Shown: piece by piece, positions 58,030 through 64,000 of the stretch | How the letters are laid out: the number at the start of each line of letters is the position of its first letter | Position numbering within the stretch: the stretch's first letter is position 1 | Source: a virus | Taxonomy: Duplodnaviria > Caudoviricetes | Length of the DNA: 64,000 bases | IMG/VR virus record: IMGVR_UViG_2859725622_000004 | Location: 1-64,000 of that record | Reading direction: 5' to 3' (one strand) | Position numbers and translations under genes: made by a program | The notes under the pieces: model-generated | Databases searched by the model: none | What the model was told of the DNA's origin: nothing | The model's input: only the letters and a program-made list of their open reading frames with translations

Positions 58030-58953
58030 TTATTCCTCAGCCCACGGATAGCCTCGTTCAGCCATTTTTTTTCGTTCCTCTTTGAGCTTTTCGATAATTG
58101 AAGGGGCTAACGGCTTACCTTTGTCGTCAACCAGCGTTTCAACCTGGCTGCAATGGCAGTTGATTGAGTTACCGTTAATGGAGTACCAGTCGCGAACCTC
58201 TTCGACGGTGTACAGATGTGAATGCCGTGCTGCGTGTGTCCTGCGTGTGGTAGGCAATAATGCAGAGATATGAACGAGCATTGTTTTCAGTCCAAGGCTC
58301 TGCGCATCTTCTGCCTCTTCCCATCTCGCCCGCCTCAATGCGCCTGGTATTTCTGTTTGCGCTATGCGATTAGCTCGCCGCGTTTCAATACCGACTTGGT
58401 CACGCAGGTTACGTCTAACCTCTCTCGGATTAAGTCCTCGCCCTATTCCATCGGTGAGAACTCTAGCCATTTGCTGCTTGGTTTTAGCTGTAAACCCCTT
58501 CATCTCTTCAAATACTCGCGCATAAGTCAGAGCCATGCGGCGCTGGTACGGAGTACTTAATAGAATGGCTTGCAGAGATTCGCGACTGGCGGCGTATGTT
58601 GCTGATTGCTGGCTAAGGTTGACGTATGCCTGATTTGTACCTCGTATCGCAGCAGGCTCGACATAATCCTCAGAAAACCACAGATAGTTTTGTCCGCCTT
58701 CCAATAGAACAGCATCGACGAGAACACTCGCATCGTTCAGCACGATGTTGAGTAGTAGCGGGTCGAGTTGGTATTCATATCTGCGATTGACTGCGGGTGA
58801 GGCGGGGAATCTATCAAGTGCGTCGGTGTATGCTTTCTGAACCTTCTTTAGCCGCCTGGCAAAATCAGCCATCGCCTTTCGCTCTAAAGAACTTAACCCG
58901 GTCGGGTCACTCTTATTCTTCGGTATTATCGCCGGTTTCGGTTTCGCGGCCAT
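58030..58953 (-). CDS. Minor head protein (SPP1 gp7 / Mu F-like)
   Basis: RANRIAQTE...RRTHAARH...NCHCS. Confidence 0.9.
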   Translation of the reverse strand: MAAKPKPAIIPKNKSDPTGLSSLERKAMADFARRLKKVQKAYTDALDRFPASPAVNRRYEYQLDPLLLNIVLNDASVLVDAVLLEGGQNYLWFSEDYVEPAAIRGTNQAYVNLSQQSATYAASRESLQAILLSTPYQRRMALTYARVFEEMKGFTAKTKQQMARVLTDGIGRGLNPREVRRNLRDQVGIETRRANRIAQTEIPGALRRARWEEAEDAQSLGLKTMLVHISALLPTTRRTHAARHSHLYTVEEVRDWYSINGNSINCHCSQVETLVDDKGKPLAPSIIEKLKEERKKMAERGYPWAEE

Positions 58954-60283
58954 CGTCAGTCTCTCCTAATGGTTCTATACCATCCGGCTCGTAACCTGCC
59001 GCAACGCGAATCTCTTCACCACTAAATACCGCCTCGCCGGTTGACATTGATGTGCTATTGATTTGAGACATCTTCACAGCGCTGTCCAATTTCTCAGATG
59101 CTGTTTGCTCGTTCAGTTCATCCCAGATAACCGTTTTCATTGAAACTGAATCAATGATGCCAAGGTCGATTAACTTGTTGCAGAAATCCTCGATATCAAA
59201 TGACAGAGCGCGATTACGGCGGGATTGGCATCGCGTGTTGAAGTAACGATTATCTTCTGTGCTGGCCCGCTCACCTGTTTGTGACATAGCCAAGATTCGC
59301 GCAGGGATATCAACAGCAGATGAAGCAGTTTGTAGATTGACGTTATAGGTCGGTTCAGGGTCAGCAACTGCGGTAACAAGCGGCGTTACACTCGCACCCT
59401 GCGTCGTCAAAAGAACATCATTCCCGCGATTAATCTCAGTGGCCGCTTCGTTAAACTTATCCTGAAGCTCATCAACACTTACCCCATACAGGGAAGCGAG
59501 ATTGCTAAAGTTAATTTCTTTTTCGAAGTTGAGATTAAGCTGCCTTGCTGCGTTCTTGAGGAATGACTCACCAGACCCACCCTCAACCTTTTCTAAGCTA
59601 ACAAAGGCGTTATATGCAGGCTCAAGGAATCCGATAGCGTCACGACTGTAATCACCCAAGATGAAAACGCGGTCAGGGTGAATCCTCACACGCCGACTTG
59701 CCCCGTTAGGGAGCATTTCGGTGTATTGCCACATCTTCGGATTGCCGTATGAGGTGGAATTAAGGTCAGTATCCCACTCAGCCGGAACTAATGAACCTGC
59801 CCATACAGGCGTTAGCTTCTCTAACCCGCGTCCTTTGACTACTGGCGTATTCCAGGCACCACTATCGCGGACATGAAGCAAAATCCCCGAATAGCGCCCA
59901 ACCAAGCGACGTATGTCAGCATCAGCGAATTGTTGCCACAGGCGATTATTGAATACGGCTTTAAGGCTTTTTTCCCACGGAGTTACAGCGCCTGATTCGT
60001 CCTTTTTCTCACCCTCTATAATTTCTGGATTACTCAGCCAGCATGTACCAACAAGCTTGTTTACCGCGCCATGGGCGATACCACCACGGCGGTAGAGCTT
60101 GTACAGATCATCAAAGGTTAATTCCTCTTTGAATCCGTACTCACACCATGCGTTAGCACGTTTGGCGTCAAGGCCCATACCAGTATTGAGTAGTCCCATA
60201 CGAGCGCGAGCCATGGCTGAATCACTGATTGCGCTGTTAATCTGCAATGCATGGTTAACAGCAAGCTGTAATTTGTCTGTCAT
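58913..60283 (-). CDS. Portal protein (DUF1073 family)
   Basis: Position after terL; RIHPDRV, DIPARIL..Q.GE.ASTED. Confidence 0.85.
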   Translation of the reverse strand: MTDKLQLAVNHALQINSAISDSAMARARMGLLNTGMGLDAKRANAWCEYGFKEELTFDDLYKLYRRGGIAHGAVNKLVGTCWLSNPEIIEGEKKDESGAVTPWEKSLKAVFNNRLWQQFADADIRRLVGRYSGILLHVRDSGAWNTPVVKGRGLEKLTPVWAGSLVPAEWDTDLNSTSYGNPKMWQYTEMLPNGASRRVRIHPDRVFILGDYSRDAIGFLEPAYNAFVSLEKVEGGSGESFLKNAARQLNLNFEKEINFSNLASLYGVSVDELQDKFNEAATEINRGNDVLLTTQGASVTPLVTAVADPEPTYNVNLQTASSAVDIPARILAMSQTGERASTEDNRYFNTRCQSRRNRALSFDIEDFCNKLIDLGIIDSVSMKTVIWDELNEQTASEKLDSAVKMSQINSTSMSTGEAVFSGEEIRVAAGYEPDGIEPLGETDDGRETETGDNTEE

Positions 60284-60311
60284 GCTGTTTCCATTCGTTG
60301 GTTGTTAAGCA

Positions 60312-60336
60312 ATAAAAAGGCCGCCTGAGCGACCTT
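60312..60336 (-). terminator. Intrinsic terminator after the tRNA-like RNA
   Basis: AAGGTCGC-TCAG-GCGGCCTT then TTTATT. Confidence 0.75.
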
Positions 60337-60343
60337 ATTGGAT

Positions 60344-60472
60344 TGGTGAGGTGACTGGACTCGAACCAGCACTCAGGATCGGCAAAAGCATCATGCCTAA
60401 CCTGCTGGCGTTAACCAGTTGATGCATTACTCTACCCATCTAACCCGCAAGCGGGAATTGAGTTACACCTCA
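60344..60472 (-). ncRNA. tRNA-like RNA with expanded D-loop and non-canonical anticodon region
   Basis: TGAGGTG/CACCTCA acceptor-like stem, CCA end, ACTC/GAGT D stem, GCTGG-TTCGAGT-CCAGT T arm. Confidence 0.65.
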
Positions 60473-60480
60473 TTTTCAGT

Positions 60481-61800
60481 TTATCTACCCATTAGTCGCT
60501 TCGGAATCATCATGCCCATAGACTGCGGCTTATGTTTTATATATCCATCTAAACCGTAACGAACACCATCCCAGCAGTGGTTGTTCTTGTCCTCGATCAC
60601 TGGCAACACTTCGCCAGTAGTCCGGTCTGTTTTGTACGAATACAGCCTGGCCTCTTTTGCTGTCTCTTTGCAGCGAGGATGGATGATGATCTGCTTAAAC
60701 CCACGAAGGCAGGTTATTCCGTCCTCAACGCTACCGGCCCACTTCTGAGCAGCGGCAATGTTGAAGCCTTGCGTCTTGATGTGGCTGATAGTCTCAGGCC
60801 GTGAGTTATCAGCCTTGATGGGCCACTTGCGAGCCTGTGGTATACCAGGGAACTTCGCCTCGTCAGTGACCTTCCACTCTTCAAGCTGCTTAGGTTTGGC
60901 ACCATCAACGCCAGCGTAGAATTTCCACATATCATCCAGCTCGACGCCGTGACCGTAAGCCTCGTATTCGATGTACAGATTGCTGTTGAGGATAAACATG
61001 CGGATAAGCGTGCTAGGGTCTTTCGCAAAGCCAAAGTCAGCACCGAACAGTAGTCGTTCTGATTGCTCCCACAGGTCATCAGCAAAGCTTTGGACGACGT
61101 ACTTGTTCGCCAGCACTTGCTTGTCAGAGTTTTCAAGGTAAGCGCCTTCCCATATCCACGCGTAATCGGCATAGTCCAGGGTAGCTAAATCTTCGAGACG
61201 CTCCTCTTCAAGAACGTCAGGGAACCACGGATTGTCGCTGTAGTTCATTTCGACAATCATTGAATTTTTTGGCGGAGTTTTCCGGTAGCGTTTATCGGTC
61301 GCGCTGCCGTCTTTCTCTGGGTTCCACGTTACCCAGATTTCAGAATTATTCTCACGTACGGTGGGGCGGAGCTTTTTCCAGGCGATGTCCGATACAGACT
61401 CAGCTTCATCTACCCAGGCTACCAATATACGGGCCTTGGATTTAATGCTGTCTAGGTTATGGCGCAGGCCGCAGAACACGTAACTCACGCACCTGTTTTT
61501 GGTACGAATGTATTTCTCGCCAATGTCGAAGTAATCATCCAGCCATGGAACGGAGCGGATTGCCTGCTTCACCTCTTCCATAGAGGACTCTTCGAGCGAG
61601 TTCATATACTCGCGAGCGCAGAGAATAACGCCGCTTATGCCTGACTCGGCTGCCTGGTAAGCCTTAATCGCAGTCATCAACGCAAATGTGCGTGTCTTCG
61701 CGGAACCACGCCCGCCGTATGCGCCACGGTAACGAACGCCTTCAGTGGCGAATACAGGTACTAACTTAGCGGGGATTTGGAGATCAACTTGGCTTTCCAT
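60481..61800 (-). CDS. Terminase large subunit (PBSX/SPP1-type)
   Basis: GGRGSAKT Walker A, WVDEAE, DFGF, NHCWDGVRY. Confidence 0.95.
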   Translation of the reverse strand: MESQVDLQIPAKLVPVFATEGVRYRGAYGGRGSAKTRTFALMTAIKAYQAAESGISGVILCAREYMNSLEESSMEEVKQAIRSVPWLDDYFDIGEKYIRTKNRCVSYVFCGLRHNLDSIKSKARILVAWVDEAESVSDIAWKKLRPTVRENNSEIWVTWNPEKDGSATDKRYRKTPPKNSMIVEMNYSDNPWFPDVLEEERLEDLATLDYADYAWIWEGAYLENSDKQVLANKYVVQSFADDLWEQSERLLFGADFGFAKDPSTLIRMFILNSNLYIEYEAYGHGVELDDMWKFYAGVDGAKPKQLEEWKVTDEAKFPGIPQARKWPIKADNSRPETISHIKTQGFNIAAAQKWAGSVEDGITCLRGFKQIIIHPRCKETAKEARLYSYKTDRTTGEVLPVIEDKNNHCWDGVRYGLDGYIKHKPQSMGMMIPKRLMGR

Positions 61801-62251
61801 TTAATGGCTCGACCCCTACCAATCTGATTGTTGTTGGCTTTGGTGCCATACTGCCGTCAGATGACGTGTGATCTACCTTCTGGCGGTTGGTATAGGCATC
61901 GCCAACTTCTTTGGCCGCCTGCTCCATTAGCTGGGCTGTCATTCCGAAGTTCTTCATTTTTTCAGTGCTCGCCGCCATACGATTCAAGGCGCGGAGCCGG
62001 TACGCTTTATTAGCGATTGGAATATCAGATATTTCGGTTTGAAATCGAGTGCGAGTTGAGTTGAAAAGGTCTATCCATTTCTGCCCCAGATTCTTCGCGA
62101 TGGCCTTTGTCGGGTCGTATGAAGAAACCTGCTGAAGAGTCAAGGTGAGGTTGAATTCTTGTTTCACCTGCGCGACCACTTGCGATGGTGTGTCATAGCA
62201 GGCCAAGGCTTGAACTATGAAGGCTTTGACCTCTGGTTTTAGTGCAGCCAT
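61784..62251 (-). CDS. Terminase small subunit (DUF2280-like)
   Basis: VKAFIVQALACYDTPSQV...YDPTK...IPIANKAYRL. Confidence 0.85.
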   Translation of the reverse strand: MAALKPEVKAFIVQALACYDTPSQVVAQVKQEFNLTLTLQQVSSYDPTKAIAKNLGQKWIDLFNSTRTRFQTEISDIPIANKAYRLRALNRMAASTEKMKNFGMTAQLMEQAAKEVGDAYTNRQKVDHTSSDGSMAPKPTTIRLVGVEPLNGKPS

Positions 62252-62284
62252 TGGCATCCTCCATGACTAACGTAATGTAACTAA

Positions 62285-62920
62285 TCAGGCCAGTTTCAGC
62301 AGGCATGTTCCACACGCCCTGGCAACGTTAAGATGGGCTACCTCAGCAGGTTTGTTTGCCGCATCAATCATTTCCTGTACTTCAATGCTCGCACCATATC
62401 TGCGAACTACACCGACAAACTCTTCAACGTCATGTCCGCGCAGTTTCAATGTCGGTTGCCCTTCTTTGTTGAACTTGGGTGCTCCGAATTCGTCCTTTGC
62501 GTGACTGATGTGATAAAGCTCATGTTCTATCAGCGCACAGAACTGGAGGTCAGAACATTGAGCGCAATAATCAGCAGCCAGGGTAATGATGAATGTCGGT
62601 ACATCGCCGAACCATTCGTACATCTGCTGTTCCATTCGGGCTTTTTGCCAGCCGCCAGCTCTCATTGCTACCTGCTCAGCTTGACCAAGAACAGTGCGAC
62701 CCTGCTTTTCAAACGCAGATGATGCCCACATGATTTTTATGTCAGCGTCAATTAAGTGTCCGTGGTCGGGATTGTGTAGCTCGCCTTCGTCACTGAGTAT
62801 TTGGCTGTTAACCCACTCAAGAACTTCAGTGGCGGGGACTAATTCAATGTGCGGTCTGAACTCATTGACGAATGACAATGGCGGATATGGCCGCTTCATT
62901 TGTGTGTCTGAATTAGCCAT
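62285..62920 (-). CDS. Putative phage metallopeptidase
   Basis: ALIEHELYH...HDVEEF motif. Confidence 0.8.
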   Translation of the reverse strand: MANSDTQMKRPYPPLSFVNEFRPHIELVPATEVLEWVNSQILSDEGELHNPDHGHLIDADIKIMWASSAFEKQGRTVLGQAEQVAMRAGGWQKARMEQQMYEWFGDVPTFIITLAADYCAQCSDLQFCALIEHELYHISHAKDEFGAPKFNKEGQPTLKLRGHDVEEFVGVVRRYGASIEVQEMIDAANKPAEVAHLNVARACGTCLLKLA

Positions 62921-63103
62921 AACAGAATATTCCACTGGTTGGTAAAGTCTCCCGCTCAGTAATGGTGAGACCGACATGATTGCAAACATCTATAAGATTC
63001 TGTCAAAGGCACTTAATCAGCACATTTTGCAGAGTTTTATAAATTGAGAGCCGTTGTGAAAGTGGCTCTCAATTTTAGGTTTCTAATTTCACGCGGATTT
63101 TGC

Positions 63104-63274
63104 TTATTTCTTTGCCTGATTCTGATCTTCCGTCGCTAGTAGAACATCGAGAAGGACCTCAGCCTTCTCAACATTCGATAGGCCAATAGATATCCGGCCA
63201 CAATTCAAATACTGGAAACCATCCTTCAAATAACGGCAGATAGTTTCCAGTTGCTGTTTCTCGCCGTTGGTCAT
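63104..63274 (-). CDS. Small hypothetical protein, 56 aa
   Basis: ATG overlaps antirepressor stop; MTNGEKQQLETICRYL... Confidence 0.5.
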   Translation of the reverse strand: MTNGEKQQLETICRYLKDGFQYLNCGRISIGLSNVEKAEVLLDVLLATEDQNQAKK

Positions 63275-63846
63275 GTTCGGGTTACCTTCCCTTTCCCTGT
63301 TTCAGCCAGCACGTAACAAATCAGCTCATTGGCTTCCTGAACCAGTGATTTGATCTTTGATACATGCCCCGCTTTCACACTCTTCCACTCATTAAGTCCG
63401 GTGCCGAACATGCTAGCAATGCGCTTATCATGCTTCATATCCGCACAAGCCTGGTTAAGTTCTTCCATGATGCTTTGTTTGCGGGGATTGATTGCTACGC
63501 CTTTAGTCCAGTAGTCATGCAGAACAGCAAAACATTCCTCTTGATACTGGATCAGCTTGTCGCGAATGTCGGCACGTACTTTTGCGGGGTTAATGCTGAA
63601 TAACCAGCCGTTAAGTTTGCGAATGGGGATACAGAGCATTTCCTGAACTCCGCCACGCGAAGGCATGGTCATATGACCACACCCATACTTTCCCTTTTGA
63701 GCTATTAATTTTCTATGCTGTGATTTCCAGTCCAGCCCGATAGCCTCAATAACAGGCTTCATTGCCACATACTCAACACCGCCTTCACGGACAGTCGTCA
63801 GTTTGTCTCCATTAAATTCAATTTCTGTAATGACTGGATATTCCAT
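63271..63846 (-). CDS. Phage antirepressor, P22 Ant N-terminal domain
   Basis: YVAMKPVIEAIGLDWKSQ...LCIPIRKLNGWLFSINPAKV...YQEECF.VLHDYW. Confidence 0.9.
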   Translation of the reverse strand: MEYPVITEIEFNGDKLTTVREGGVEYVAMKPVIEAIGLDWKSQHRKLIAQKGKYGCGHMTMPSRGGVQEMLCIPIRKLNGWLFSINPAKVRADIRDKLIQYQEECFAVLHDYWTKGVAINPRKQSIMEELNQACADMKHDKRIASMFGTGLNEWKSVKAGHVSKIKSLVQEANELICYVLAETGKGKVTRT

Positions 63847-63857
63847 TGTGTATTCCT

Positions 63858-63943
63858 TTTGGAAATGACCCTCAGTGCCCAGAAATGACAGCCCATAGAA
63901 GCTCACCAGCTATACCGGCATTCCTCTGAGGCTCATTTCCAAA
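63858..63943 (-). promoter_or_regulatory. Long hairpin in the antirepressor 5' leader
   Basis: 18-bp inverted repeat with one mismatch abutting the RBS. Confidence 0.6.
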
Positions 63944-64000
63944 CAGGATCTATGGTTGGTTACGCCGGGCGTGGCGTTAGATTTACTGCATAAAAAAAGC

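Larger units (their letters stand above)
39615..64000 (-). mobile_element. Element 2: temperate siphovirus-like prophage (late region; continues beyond window)
   Basis: terS-terL-portal-capsid-tail-tailspike order ending at the att fragment. Confidence 0.9.

Noticed and set aside
58913-60283. Anti-CBASS Acb1 label sometimes attached to DUF1073 proteins
   Set aside because: Size, position after terL and motifs fit a portal; no pair of HxT phosphoesterase motifs noticed

Overview
An enterobacterial chromosomal window (tRNA sequence and gene style suggest Yersiniaceae; inference) made almost entirely of two tandem prophage-type elements joined at a 3' fragment of tRNA-Arg(UCU) at 39615-39659. 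Element 1 (<1-39659, mostly minus strand) has an unusual layout. Its early module is satellite-like (P4/PICI type): tyrosine integrase, iteron ori, DUF6387-like gene, alpA, RHH repressor, icd-like gene and a Zn-Toprim-DUF927 primase-helicase. This module leads directly, with no att site seen, into a Q antiterminator, accessory genes, a holin/M15 endolysin/spanin cassette, an Acb2-like anti-CBASS sponge, a cos site, a lambda-type head and a Mu-type contractile tail. No cI/cro/N/O/P genes are seen. Element 2 (39615->64000) is the late half of a temperate long-tailed phage: antirepressor, metallopeptidase, terminase, DUF1073 portal, capsid, non-contractile tail and beta-helix tailspike, plus a convergent O-antigen acetyltransferase (AT3-SGNH). 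It carries a tRNA-like RNA with remodelled D-loop and anticodon regions between terL and portal. No CRISPR array, reverse transcriptase, rRNA or intact tRNA was seen. Family calls come from motif recognition only; no searches were run.
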